This document shows, piece after piece, positions 9,684 to 19,431 of a stretch of 64,000 nucleotides of DNA. A program made the position numbers and the translations under genes. The first letter of the stretch is position 1, and the number at the start of each line of letters is the position of its first letter. The DNA lies in contig JAUVWW010000002.1 of the NCBI GenBank assembly GCA_030603885.1, positions 21,991-85,990 of the forward strand, given 5' to 3'. Origin of the DNA: a bacterium. Lineage in GTDB: Bacteria > Patescibacteriota > JABMPQ01 > JAUVWW01. The notes under the pieces were generated by a model that did not search any database, was not told the origin of the DNA, and saw nothing but the letters and a program-made list of their open reading frames with translations.

Positions 9684-10574
9684 ATGGGAACAATTATCGA
9701 AACAAAAAATTTAACCAAGTATTATGGAAAAACTCGAGGTGTTAAAAACCTCAACCTAGAAGTAAAGAAAGGGGAGATTTTTGGATTTTTGGGTCCTAAT
9801 GGATCCGGCAAGACAACTACCATAAGGGTCCTTTTACATCTTATAAATCCAACTTCTGGAGAAGCGTTTGTTTTTGGTAAAAATGTTAGTGAAAATTATC
9901 CAAGTATTCTTAAAAATATTGGATATCTTCCTGAAGATTTAAACCTTTATGAAAAGATGACCGGAGAGCAGCTTTTGAAATTTGCTTCTGCGTTTTACAA
10001 AAAAGATGACTTAGAAAACCTTAAAAGAAAAGTTATCAATAGATTAAAATGTGAGATGACTACCCGATATAGAAATCTCTCCAAAGGTAATAAACAAAAA
10101 ATAGGAATTTTGTTAGCAATATTTCATAAACCCAAACTCCTAATTTTAGATGAACCCACAGTTGGACTTGATCCATTAACAAAAAATGGATTTTATAGAA
10201 TTTTGTTTGATTTAAATAAGGAAGGCATAACTATTTTTTTCTCATCTCATAATTTGCCTGAGGTAGAAAGAGTCTGTGACAGAATAGGAATTATGAGAGA
10301 TGGAAATCTTGTAGACGTAGAAACGATAGAAGAATTAAGGGCTCATCGAAGAAAGATAGTTGAGATTCATTTTCAGGAATCTTGTAAAAAAGACGAATTT
10401 GAAAGTCTTGAGGGTGTGAAAATTATTGAAGCTAAAAAAGATTATCTATATCTTTATGCTACAAACGCTGCCATTAATCCACTTCTAAAACTTTTGGCTA
10501 GCTATAAAATTAAAGATATTGATTTTTCTTATCCTGACTTAGAAAAAGTCTTTTTGAAATATTACGAAAAATAA
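9684..10574 (+). CDS. ABC transporter ATP-binding protein
   Basis: GPNGSGKTT, LSKGNKQK signature, ILDEPT, SSH. Confidence 0.93.
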   Translation: MGTIIETKNLTKYYGKTRGVKNLNLEVKKGEIFGFLGPNGSGKTTTIRVLLHLINPTSGEAFVFGKNVSENYPSILKNIGYLPEDLNLYEKMTGEQLLKFASAFYKKDDLENLKRKVINRLKCEMTTRYRNLSKGNKQKIGILLAIFHKPKLLILDEPTVGLDPLTKNGFYRILFDLNKEGITIFFSSHNLPEVERVCDRIGIMRDGNLVDVETIEELRAHRRKIVEIHFQESCKKDEFESLEGVKIIEAKKDYLYLYATNAAINPLLKLLASYKIKDIDFSYPDLEKVFLKYYEK

Positions 10575-11378
10575 ATGACTTTCTCATTTTTTAAAAAAAC
10601 TTTTCGAGATTTTAAATGGAGCATTATTTTGTACAGTACGATTAGTTTATTGTTCGAAATAGTGCTTATAGGTTTTTATCCCAGTATTCGAGAGAGAGCT
10701 GAGGAATTTAGAAAAATAATAGAAATCTATCCAGAGAGTTTTGTCAAAGCATTTGGAGTAGAAGCTAGTAGTTTTCAAAGCGTTGAGGGATTTTTATCAG
10801 TTGAGCATTTTTCTTTAACATTTATAATTATCATTGGAATTTTGATTTTCTCTTTGGGGGCATCGATGGTAGCTTCTGAGAAAGATAAAGGTACTTCCGA
10901 GTTTTCATTTACCCTTCCCATTAGACGTTACAAAATAGTTTTAGGAAAATTTATATCAGCTTATTTGATATCTTTTATTGTTGTTTTGGTTTCTCTGATT
11001 GGGGTGATAGTTGGCATGTATGCTATTAATGAAACACCAAAAATTGCCGGTTTCTTAGCTTTTGGGATAGTTTCTTTAGCCATGAGTTTTTTCTTGCTAT
11101 CCTTAACCACTTTTATATCTGCGATTTTTAGCAGCAAAGGAAAAGTATATGGTGTTTGTGGCGTATTTTTTATCTTGTCTTACCTTATCCATATTCTTAA
11201 CGGCATGAGTGAGAAAGTTTCGGATTATTATTTCCTTTCGTTTTTAAAATATTATGGGATTCCGGGAGAGATTTTGACAAGTGGAACCGTTGAATTAAGA
11301 AATATATTGGTATTTTTAGGAGTGGGTGTGATCTTTTTAACACTAGGACTTGTTATTACAGAAAAGAGAGATCTATAA
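10575..11378 (+). CDS. ABC-2 type permease
   Basis: About six TM segments; EKDKGT..FTLPIRRYKIVLGKF motif; coupled to the ATPase. Confidence 0.88.
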   Translation: MTFSFFKKTFRDFKWSIILYSTISLLFEIVLIGFYPSIRERAEEFRKIIEIYPESFVKAFGVEASSFQSVEGFLSVEHFSLTFIIIIGILIFSLGASMVASEKDKGTSEFSFTLPIRRYKIVLGKFISAYLISFIVVLVSLIGVIVGMYAINETPKIAGFLAFGIVSLAMSFFLLSLTTFISAIFSSKGKVYGVCGVFFILSYLIHILNGMSEKVSDYYFLSFLKYYGIPGEILTSGTVELRNILVFLGVGVIFLTLGLVITEKRDL

Positions 11379-11463
11379 ATAATGTCTGTAATTAGTTTTT
11401 TATAATTTGACCTTTTTTCCTTTAAGAAATAGAGGGTAGAGTGTGGATATACCCAAAATGTTG

Positions 11464-11615
11464 TTAGGGTGTAGCCGGTCGCAATAACTGTCTCATTTGT
11501 CCTAATACAACCTCAGGATCGTATATCTTCACCCAATCTAAAGTTCGAAAATCGTCCGTTAGGGCGAGCTTTGCACGAAAGTCCGTACAAAAAGCGGGCT
11601 TTTGTGCTTTATTTA
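11464..11615 (-). pseudogene. Probable remnant C-terminal tail of a tRNA-targeting recombinase
   Basis: Frame reads ..KPAFCTDFRAKL-ALTDDFRTLDWVKI..; the same frame at repeat copy 1 runs into the tRNA antisense (..AKL-PGPDSNWQPTG*). Confidence 0.45.
11566..11615 (+). repeat. 50-bp direct repeat, copy 2
   Basis: Matches 9556-9605 with one mismatch. Confidence 0.9.
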
Positions 11616-11672
11616 TCCCTAGTTCTAAAAATGTTATAATTAAAATAGATTTTAAGCATAGGATATAAAGAC

Positions 11673-12242
11673 ATGACAAAATTTATATTGCATGGAGGAG
11701 GAATTAGCCGGCCAACTCCGAATAATAAAAAATTTTTTTCTGAAATTGTAAAAGGACTTCCTGAGCCAGTTGAAGTATTGTGTGTATATTTTGCTCAGGA
11801 AAAAGAGAAATGGCCAGAATTATTTGAAATTAGAGGAAAAAAGATATTTTTTTCTTTTTTACCAAAGAAAGTTTTAAAATTTGTCCTGGGAGACACTAAT
11901 AAAGATAAGTTCATTCAACAAATAAAATCAGCAGATGTCATCTATATACACGGTGGAAATACTCTTTTATTAAACAAGCATTTAAGTAAAATCGAGAATT
12001 TTGATAAATTGATTCAGGGCAAAGTTATAGTTGGCTTATGTGCAGGTGCTAAGATTCTTGGTAAATATTCTTATTCGGAACACAGAGGTCATGTTGAAGA
12101 AAACTTAGGAATATTACCCATTAAAATTTTTTGTCATTATACAAAAGAAAAGGCCGAAAAATTTAAAGAACTAAAAGAGTATAAAGAAGATTTAAAAACT
12201 TACACTATACCAGAAGGAAAATATTATGTTATTAGTGTTTAA
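11673..12242 (+). CDS. Peptidase S51 / type-1 glutamine amidotransferase-like protein
   Basis: FILHGGG, YIHGGNT, GLCAGA (Cys at the usual Ser position of GxSAGA). Confidence 0.75.
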   Translation: MTKFILHGGGISRPTPNNKKFFSEIVKGLPEPVEVLCVYFAQEKEKWPELFEIRGKKIFFSFLPKKVLKFVLGDTNKDKFIQQIKSADVIYIHGGNTLLLNKHLSKIENFDKLIQGKVIVGLCAGAKILGKYSYSEHRGHVEENLGILPIKIFCHYTKEKAEKFKELKEYKEDLKTYTIPEGKYYVISV

Positions 12243-12245
12243 GTT

Positions 12246-12743
12246 ATGAAAGAAATAATTATTCAAGAATTACTGAAAAAAGCAAAACAATTGCAAGAAC
12301 AAGGAAAAGATTGGCATTTTCATATGTTAACTCCTGATTGTATTTTTAATGTGAGAAGTGATAAACATGCTTTTGTTCTTGAAAATAGAACTGACAATGA
12401 GACTCATGTGGTTTATTCAGACGAAAGATATATGGAAGTAGGACAAAAACTTGTAAAAATGCTTCATGGGAATGAAATATTAGACGAAAACAAAGGAACG
12501 TCAAAGCTCAGAGATGAAAAAATACAAATTATTCTTCAAAAAGCTAAAGAATTAAACGAAAGAAATATCCCCTGGCATCATCACATGCTTTTTCCAGATT
12601 GTATATTTAACAAACATAAAGAAAAGTGGTGTATAGTTTTTGAAGATCCTGAAGAAGATAAGACAATAGAATTTGTTTCTGATAGAGAGCCTAAAGAAGT
12701 TTTAAGAAAAATTGAAATTCTATATTATAAACAGAAAAAGTAA
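12246..12743 (+). CDS. Hypothetical protein with tandem internal duplication
   Basis: Two copies of KAKxLxE..WHxHMLxPDCIFN. Confidence 0.7.
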   Translation: MKEIIIQELLKKAKQLQEQGKDWHFHMLTPDCIFNVRSDKHAFVLENRTDNETHVVYSDERYMEVGQKLVKMLHGNEILDENKGTSKLRDEKIQIILQKAKELNERNIPWHHHMLFPDCIFNKHKEKWCIVFEDPEEDKTIEFVSDREPKEVLRKIEILYYKQKK

Positions 12744-12744
12744 T

Positions 12745-13269
12745 ATGAAAATATATTTTGCAACTCATGCTACTACAACAGATAATGAGAAGGACATAGC
12801 TTCGGGTTGGAAAGATGTTGGATTATCCCAACTTGGTATCCAGCAAGCCAAAGAGTTAGGAGAAAGGTTTAAAGATATAAAAATAGATTTAATTTGTTGC
12901 TCGGATTTTAAAAGAGCTGCAGAGACAGTAAAAATAGCCTTTGAAGATAAATTACCTGTTATTATTGATAGAAGGTTGAGAGAGCTTAACTACGGAGATT
13001 TTAATGGAAAGCCAAGCGAGATAGTGGAGCTAATGAAAAAAGAAAGGATAAAAGAACCCTTTCCTAATGGAGAAAGTTACGAGCAAGCAATGGTAAGAGT
13101 TCACGATTTCTATCTTGAGTTAAAGAAAAACCATCCAGAAAAGACAGTTTTGGTTGTTGGTCATCGTGCTACTCAATTTGGTTTAGATACGCTGGTTGGT
13201 GGTAAAACCCTTGAAGATTGTTTGAGTGTACCATTCAGATGGCAACCTTATTGGGAATATAATCTTTGA
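12745..13269 (+). CDS. Histidine phosphatase (PGM family)
   Basis: ATHA in place of RHG, SDFKRA, RLRELNYGDF, PNGES, LVVGH; ATG at 12745. Confidence 0.85.
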   Translation: MKIYFATHATTTDNEKDIASGWKDVGLSQLGIQQAKELGERFKDIKIDLICCSDFKRAAETVKIAFEDKLPVIIDRRLRELNYGDFNGKPSEIVELMKKERIKEPFPNGESYEQAMVRVHDFYLELKKNHPEKTVLVVGHRATQFGLDTLVGGKTLEDCLSVPFRWQPYWEYNL

Positions 13270-13282
13270 TTAGGATGGATTT

Positions 13283-13909
13283 ATGAAAAAGAAAGCTAAA
13301 ATTTTAATTGCTACTACCAATCCCGCCAAAAAGAAATATTTAGAATGGGTGATAGAAGATTTGGATTTTAATATAGTCTATCTTGACCAATTAAAGAAAA
13401 AGATAAATTTTAAAGAAATAGGCAAAAACTTTAAAGAAAACGCTGAATTGAAAGCTTCCCAATATTCGAACTTGTTTGGCTATTTAACTATCTGTTCTGA
13501 TGGTGGCTTAATAATCCCTGCCCTAGGAAATAATTGGAATAGTTTGTTAACCCATCGCTTTGCCGGAGAGAAAGCCACTGACCTTGATCGGGTTAATGAA
13601 CTTTTGAAAATAATGCAGAAATACAAAGGGCATGAAAGAAAAATTTATTTTCAAGATGCAATTGCTCTGGCTCAGCAAGGCCGAGCACTCTTTTCTTATG
13701 AAGCAAGAAGTGGTCCAAGATATCTATCTCGTTCCTATAATCCCGAGAAATTTATTAAGGGTTTTTGGGTTGCTAATCTCATATATTATCCCGAGCTTAA
13801 AAAACATTATACTGAATTATCTAAAAAGGAAAAGTTAAAAATTCCCTCTAGCCACTGGCGGGAATTAAAGAAAAAAGTAGAAGAATTTATAAAAGAGAAG
13901 TTGAAATAA
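13283..13909 (+). CDS. Ham1/RdgB-like non-canonical purine NTP pyrophosphatase
   Basis: IATTNPAK, FKENAELKA, SDGGL, SHW variant of SHR. Confidence 0.8.
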   Translation: MKKKAKILIATTNPAKKKYLEWVIEDLDFNIVYLDQLKKKINFKEIGKNFKENAELKASQYSNLFGYLTICSDGGLIIPALGNNWNSLLTHRFAGEKATDLDRVNELLKIMQKYKGHERKIYFQDAIALAQQGRALFSYEARSGPRYLSRSYNPEKFIKGFWVANLIYYPELKKHYTELSKKEKLKIPSSHWRELKKKVEEFIKEKLK

Positions 13910-13956
13910 GCATTAAAAAGCCTCAGCCTCTCACGTATTTGTTATACTGAAAATGT

Positions 13957-15522
13957 ATGCCTCAAGAGAAAATGATCAAAGCCTTACTTTATCCTAAGGC
14001 TTATCCTTACAAAGTAAGAAAGATAAAGCTCATCCAGACCTATATTTCCTGGGTTCTTTTAACTGGTAAGTATGTTTATAAAATAAAAAAGCCAGTAAAA
14101 TATTCTCATTTGAATTTTTCCACTCTAAAAAGAAGGGAATTTTTTTGTAAAAGAGAGCTAAGGTTAAATAGAAGAATTTGTCCAGAGGTTTATTTGGATG
14201 TGGTCCCTATTACTAAAAAAGGGAAAAAGATTCAAATAGGAGGTCAAGGAAGAGTAATTGATTGGGCAATAAAGATGAAACAGCTTCAACCAAAATGGGC
14301 TCTTGATTACTTAGCTATTAAGAAAAAGGTCACTAAGCCAAAGATAGATAAAATAGCCAAGATCATTGCTCAATTTCATAGCCAAGCCAGAACATCCTCC
14401 TATATTAAAAGATTTGGTGCTTTAAAAGTTGTCAAGAAAAATTGGAGAGAGAATTTCTCCCAAACAAAGGACTTTGTAGACCAGACTATCTCAAAGCCTA
14501 TCTTCAATTTTATTAGAAATAAAGTAAATGAGTATTTTATAAAAAACAGAACTCTTTTTAAAAAAAGAATATCTCAGGGTAAAATAAAAGACTGTCATGG
14601 AGATCTTCTAGCTTCTGATATTTATGTTTTACCCAAAAAGATCTACATTACTGATTGCATCGAATTTAACCGTCGATTTCGATATCAAGATACAGCTTCA
14701 GATATTGCCTTTTTAGCCATGGATCTAGACTTTCTTGACCGAAGCGATCTTTCAGATTATTTAGTAAAAAGATATATAACTTATACCAAAGATAAAGAAT
14801 TGACCAAACTTCTTTCTTTTTATAAGTGCTACCGAGCTTATGTCAGAGGAAAAGTTTATAGTTTCAATACCAGAGATCTAAGTATTTCTAAAGAAGAGAG
14901 AGAAAAATTTGAGGAAAAAGCTCAGGCTCATTTTGCTCTAGCCTTTAGATATGCCCATCAGTTTTCTAAGAGCAAGCCCTTTTTGTTGATTATGTGTGGA
15001 CCAGTAGGTTCAGGCAAGAGCTGGTTGGCAACTCATCTTGCCAGGGTCGCTTTAGCCCAACATATCCGTTCGGATTTAGTAAGGAAGGAACTTTTAGGTA
15101 TCAAACCTTTTGAGTACAGAAAGAAAGGCCTTAGAAAAATTTATGCCAAACAAGTTACTGATCGAGTGTATAGAGAAATAATAAAGAGAGCTAGAAAGTT
15201 ACTTAAGGATGGACAGCCTGTCATTTTAGATGCCACTTTTGGAAAACAATACCACCGAGACCTAGCTTTCAAAATGGCTAAAAGCATGAAAATCCCTTAT
15301 TGGCTAATAGAGTGCTTTACGCCCGAGAAAACCATTTTGAAATTTTTAAGAAAAAGGAAAAAATTAAAAGAGATTTCTGATGCAGATATTAAAGTGTATT
15401 TAAAGACAAAGAAAGAGTTTGAGCCACCAAAAATTCCAAAAGAACATTATATAAAAGTAAACACTCCAAAAGGCATTATTTGGTGTGTGAATAAAGTGTT
15501 AGACAAAGTTTTAAAAATTTAA
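13957..15522 (+). CDS. Aminoglycoside-phosphotransferase-like kinase fused to an AAA_33 P-loop kinase
   Basis: YKIKKPV, CHGDL, DCIEFN, YRAYVRGKV; GPVGSGKS, RSDLVRK, ILDATF. Confidence 0.88.
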   Translation: MPQEKMIKALLYPKAYPYKVRKIKLIQTYISWVLLTGKYVYKIKKPVKYSHLNFSTLKRREFFCKRELRLNRRICPEVYLDVVPITKKGKKIQIGGQGRVIDWAIKMKQLQPKWALDYLAIKKKVTKPKIDKIAKIIAQFHSQARTSSYIKRFGALKVVKKNWRENFSQTKDFVDQTISKPIFNFIRNKVNEYFIKNRTLFKKRISQGKIKDCHGDLLASDIYVLPKKIYITDCIEFNRRFRYQDTASDIAFLAMDLDFLDRSDLSDYLVKRYITYTKDKELTKLLSFYKCYRAYVRGKVYSFNTRDLSISKEEREKFEEKAQAHFALAFRYAHQFSKSKPFLLIMCGPVGSGKSWLATHLARVALAQHIRSDLVRKELLGIKPFEYRKKGLRKIYAKQVTDRVYREIIKRARKLLKDGQPVILDATFGKQYHRDLAFKMAKSMKIPYWLIECFTPEKTILKFLRKRKKLKEISDADIKVYLKTKKEFEPPKIPKEHYIKVNTPKGIIWCVNKVLDKVLKI

Positions 15523-15573
15523 GATTTAATGTACAATGAATGAAGAATTATCTAAGAAAGGAGGTGATAAACT

Positions 15574-16074
15574 ATGCCAGTATCTCAAGCGCTTCTAAAT
15601 CTTTTAAACAAAAACAAAATCAAATACGAAGTCCTAAAACATAAAATGGTCTATACTGCTTTTGATTTAGCCAAGACCTTGCATGTTGATCCTAAACAAA
15701 TCGGCAAAGACCTGGCGATGAAGATAGACAGAGAATATGTGATTGCCATTGTTCCTGCTACCAGAAACTTAGATGTGCCTAAGTTAAAGAAAGTGATCAA
15801 TGCCCAAAGAAAAAAAGAAGACAAGAAAGCAGTCAAGAAGATGAGTTTTGCTCAAGAGACTTGGATGAAAAAGAATCTTAAAGGTAAAGTTGGAGCTAAT
15901 CCTCCATTTGGAACTTTACAGAAACTACCTGTCTATTTAGATAAAGCTTTGATGAAAGTATCAAAGATGATTGTCAATGGAGGAGATTATACTTATTCTG
16001 TAAGCCTAACTCCCAAGCAATTTGTAAAGTTAGAAAAACCAATTTTGGGAAGTTTTGGTAAGGCAAGAAAATAG
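15574..16074 (+). CDS. YbaK/EbsC-family trans-editing protein
   Basis: YTAFDLA, VGANPPFG, VYLDK motifs; strong RBS. Confidence 0.8.
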   Translation: MPVSQALLNLLNKNKIKYEVLKHKMVYTAFDLAKTLHVDPKQIGKDLAMKIDREYVIAIVPATRNLDVPKLKKVINAQRKKEDKKAVKKMSFAQETWMKKNLKGKVGANPPFGTLQKLPVYLDKALMKVSKMIVNGGDYTYSVSLTPKQFVKLEKPILGSFGKARK

Positions 16075-16095
16075 TAATTACGCTAATTTACGCGA

Positions 16096-16464
16096 ATGAT
16101 TCATAAACAGTCTATTTTTAGATGGTTAGCCGTAGCTTTATGGTGTGGAATAATATTCTATTTCTCATCTATTCCTTCTCTAAGAATCACCTATGGAATT
16201 TGGGATCTGATTTTACGCAAGATGATCCATGCAGCTGAGTTTGGCATTCTCACTTTTTTAGTATACAAAGCTTTAAATCCTAAAAATAAACCTCAAACAA
16301 AAAAAGCCCTCATTTGGGCTTTTATTTTTTCTTTTTTCTATGCCATTTCAGATGAAATCCATCAAGGTTTTATTGAGGGAAGGCATGCTAATATTTTGGA
16401 TGTGGGAATTGATAGTCTAGGAATAGCACTTGTAGGATGGTATTTGGTCAAAAGAAATTACTGA
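16096..16464 (+). CDS. VanZ-family membrane protein
   Basis: IFYFSS, RKMIHAAEFGIL, YAISDEIHQ..GR..DVGID. Confidence 0.88.
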   Translation: MIHKQSIFRWLAVALWCGIIFYFSSIPSLRITYGIWDLILRKMIHAAEFGILTFLVYKALNPKNKPQTKKALIWAFIFSFFYAISDEIHQGFIEGRHANILDVGIDSLGIALVGWYLVKRNY

Positions 16465-17421
16465 TTATCTTCTTTTGACTCTAATCAATCCTGAACAAGG
16501 GATTATTTTTATTCCTTTTTTTTCTAATCTATCCAAAAATAGATTCATTCCTAAAGAATCAGAAGCCATATGACCAGCAATAATAACATTAATGTGATGC
16601 TTTTCTGCTTCATTTTTCCATTCCTCTTGCATATGCATGCCAACAATAGTTCCTACCCCAGCCATACTTAATCTCTCATATATTTTTTTGTTTCCCGATG
16701 TTCCTCCAGTCACCTCAGATAAAGCAATTTTTCCTGTTCTTCTCTCAGGTTTTCCTACAAAAATAGAAGGACCAGCACCCATCTTGGCTGCTATTTTATA
16801 TTCAGGGATGGATTTTAAAAGTTTCATAATATCAGCTACAGTTTCTGGTTTAGCCCTATCTATTTTGTTCTTTAAAAATTTAGCTACCAAATTGTCACAG
16901 GCAGTATGAGAACAGAGTAGAGGGATTTTTAGGATTCTTGCTGCATCGACTGGTCGATTGTGATTTTGAGAAGAAACAGAACGGAAAACCTCACTCATTC
17001 TTTTTTCAATTAAATCCTCGGCTACATTAATGGGCACACCCAGTTTAGCCACTAAATCAGCTTGGAGTTCCATAACATCATCCAATCTAGCTAAAGCTTC
17101 TCCTAATGGATGATGACTGATTATTAAATCAATCTGTTTACCTTTTTCTGAAAGCCTATCAGCCATTAAAATTTCACTAACGCTAATATCGATACCAGCT
17201 AGAATTTGTTTTACTCTTTGATTTGGCTCACCAAATAAAATTCTAGTATCAGAGTAAGGATTGACCAATCTTTCTCGATCAAATTCTTTTTGTTCTTCTT
17301 TTGATAACTCTTTTAATTTCTCTCTTTCTCTTTTTAACTTTCTTTGGATACCAGATTTTCCTCTAAGATCAGCTTTTGAGCCTAGTTTAATAGCTAATTG
17401 GTAGATTTGTTTTATAGTCAT
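16465..17421 (-). CDS. NIF3 / NGG1p-interacting-factor family protein
   Basis: [34 protein letters not shown]. Confidence 0.85.
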   Translation of the reverse strand: MTIKQIYQLAIKLGSKADLRGKSGIQRKLKREREKLKELSKEEQKEFDRERLVNPYSDTRILFGEPNQRVKQILAGIDISVSEILMADRLSEKGKQIDLIISHHPLGEALARLDDVMELQADLVAKLGVPINVAEDLIEKRMSEVFRSVSSQNHNRPVDAARILKIPLLCSHTACDNLVAKFLKNKIDRAKPETVADIMKLLKSIPEYKIAAKMGAGPSIFVGKPERRTGKIALSEVTGGTSGNKKIYERLSMAGVGTIVGMHMQEEWKNEAEKHHINVIIAGHMASDSLGMNLFLDRLEKKGIKIIPCSGLIRVKRR

Positions 17422-17765
17422 GATTTTATGGTTTCAACTATCTTTTTAAAAGTTTTAGGATGGCTAACTGCTAAATCGGCTAGAATTTTTCTATCCAGTT
17501 CTATTTTAGCTTTTTTTAGGCCATTAATAAATTTACCATAGGTTAGACCATGCTGTCTACAAGCAGCATTGATTCTTTGGATCCAAAGTTTTCGAAACTC
17601 TCTCTTTTTTACTCTCCTATCTCGATAAGCATAAACCCCAGCTTTAAGTAAAGCCTCTTTAGCTGCTCTGTATTTTTTGTGTCGGGCAGCCAGATAACCT
17701 TTAGCTCTTTTTATTATTTTCTTTTTTCTTTTTCTTTTAGCTACTCCTCTTTTTACTCTAACCAT
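17418..17765 (-). CDS. rplT: 50S ribosomal protein L20
   Basis: [35 protein letters not shown]. Confidence 0.97.
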   Translation of the reverse strand: MVRVKRGVAKRKRKKKIIKRAKGYLAARHKKYRAAKEALLKAGVYAYRDRRVKKREFRKLWIQRINAACRQHGLTYGKFINGLKKAKIELDRKILADLAVSHPKTFKKIVETIKS

Positions 17766-17793
17766 AATAACAATTAACAATTAGCAATTTGGT

Positions 17794-17988
17794 TTATCCA
17801 TATGGTAATAATCGTTTTATCTGCTGTCTAGAAGTTATATGAACTCTTTTTAGTCTTCTTTTAGCTCTTGTTTTCTTTCCGGGATCTCTAGCATTAAAAT
17901 GATCCTGATGAGTTTTCCTATGCAGGTATTTTTTTCTTTTAGTTATCTTAATTCTTTTAGCTGTTGCTTTGTGAGTTTTTAGTTTCAT
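17794..17988 (-). CDS. rpmI: 50S ribosomal protein L35
   Basis: MKLKTHKATAKRIKIT...LLPY; lies between infC and rplT. Confidence 0.93.
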   Translation of the reverse strand: MKLKTHKATAKRIKITKRKKYLHRKTHQDHFNARDPGKKTRAKRRLKRVHITSRQQIKRLLPYG

Positions 17989-17993
17989 GACTT

Positions 17994-18509
17994 TCAACTT
18001 ACTTTTGTGATAATCATAGCTAGCCCTAGCCTTTGTCTTTTGGGCTCTTGTTCAATTTTTACCTTTTCCTTCATTATCTCAATAAATTCATCAAACCTCT
18101 TTTTAGCCAAGTCTCGGTGAGTCCACTCTCTCCCTTTTAAGACTAGCTCAATTCTTACTTTATGTCCTTGTTTAACAAATTTATCTGCTTGTCTAGCTTT
18201 AAAGGCAAGATCATGCTTTGAGGTTCTTAAAGAGATTCGGATTCCTTTAACGGCCACCTTTTTTTGCTTTTTCTTTAGTTTCTGTTCCTTCTTCATTAGC
18301 TGATATTTATATTTTCCATAATCTAGGATTTTACATACCGGAGGCTGAGCTTTCGGAGATACCTCTATTAAATCAAGCCCTTTTTCTTTGGCTAAGGTAA
18401 GGGCTTTTTCTGTTGCTAGGATACCCAAATTTTTTCCAGTTTCATCAACGACTCGAACTTTAGGTACTCCAATCTGATAGTTGATTCTGATTTTTTGGGA
18501 AGTTTGGAT
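17994..18509 (-). CDS. infC: Translation initiation factor IF-3 (non-canonical ATC start likely)
   Basis: Frame extends upstream of the annotated TTG as IQTSQKIRINYQIGVPKVRVVDETG; PPVCKILDYGKYKY; no ATG/GTG before the in-frame TAA. Confidence 0.93.
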   Translation of the reverse strand: MQTSQKIRINYQIGVPKVRVVDETGKNLGILATEKALTLAKEKGLDLIEVSPKAQPPVCKILDYGKYKYQLMKKEQKLKKKQKKVAVKGIRISLRTSKHDLAFKARQADKFVKQGHKVRIELVLKGREWTHRDLAKKRFDEFIEIMKEKVKIEQEPKRQRLGLAMIITKVS

Positions 18510-18536
18510 AGGTTTAAAAAATTAAAAATTATTAAG

Positions 18537-18885
18537 TGGAGATGGGGGGAGTTGAACCCCCGTCTAGAGAATCAATCTAAAAATTTCTACAGGCTTAGTT
18601 TATTTTTATTTTTCTGGCTTTTAGTCGAAAATAAACAAAATCCAAAAGCCAAAAGCTTGGAAAAATTCGACAACCCTGTCAAGCTAAAGAGCTGTTATAC
18701 CCTGAGTTTATGACACCTTACTTTGTCTTTCAGGGAAGACAAAGTAGGCGGAAGAAGCTGCCTTAGCAGACTTCTACAGTTTGAGGTTGTAAGTTTGCAC
18801 TTACTATTTTGGAACAGTTTTGCGAGTTATTCCAGCTCGGCCTGCTATCTTCAAATTGAAGTTTCTATCGAAGCCTGTCATCCCC
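18537..18885 (-). ncRNA. ssrA: tmRNA
   Basis: 5' GGGGATGACAGGCTTCGA; 3' GACGGGGGTTCAACTCCCCCCATCTCCA; tag ORF ANLQPQTVEVC* at 18798-18763; adjacent to smpB. Confidence 0.95.
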
Positions 18886-18898
18886 TTATTAAAACCCC

Positions 18899-19348
18899 TT
18901 ACTCTAGCTTTCCTCGCAAAGCACGCCTAATTTTTCTTTCAGCCTCTCTTTTTTTAATGAGCTCCCTTTTTTCATACTTTCTTTTTCCTCGGCATAAACC
19001 AAATTCTACCTTTATCAACCCTCTTTTAGTATATACTCCAAGGGGTATCAGTGTCAAGCCTCTTTGCTTCAATTTGCCTAAAATAGAATCTATTTCCTTT
19101 TTATGAAGTAATAGCTTACGGGTTCTAGTTGGATCATAACCTTCAAGCCTTGCTTTTTTATATGGCGAGATATGGCAATTCAAAAGCCAGCCTTGCCCAT
19201 CTTTTATAGTGACATGGCTTCCTTTAAGACTGATTTGCTTTAGTTTAGCTGATTTTACCTCTGGGCCGGTAAGTTCAATTCCGGCTTCATACTTCTTTAG
19301 AATTTCGTAGTCGTACTTTGCGCGTTTGTTAAAAGCTAGGTTAGTCAT
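18899..19348 (-). CDS. smpB: SsrA-binding protein
   Basis: NKRAKYDY, EAGIELTGPEVKS, RTRKLLLHKKEI, GKRKYEKRE. Confidence 0.97.
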   Translation of the reverse strand: MTNLAFNKRAKYDYEILKKYEAGIELTGPEVKSAKLKQISLKGSHVTIKDGQGWLLNCHISPYKKARLEGYDPTRTRKLLLHKKEIDSILGKLKQRGLTLIPLGVYTKRGLIKVEFGLCRGKRKYEKRELIKKREAERKIRRALRGKLE

Positions 19349-19431
19349 GATTAAAGTGTAGCATAAAGATAGAATTACGAGAATTTTTCTTTTATTAATA
19401 ATCTGCTAAGATAGGAATATAATATTTTGCT

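Noticed and set aside
18495-19106. Plus-strand ORFs 18495..18713 and 18723..19106
   Set aside because: They are antisense to tmRNA and smpB.
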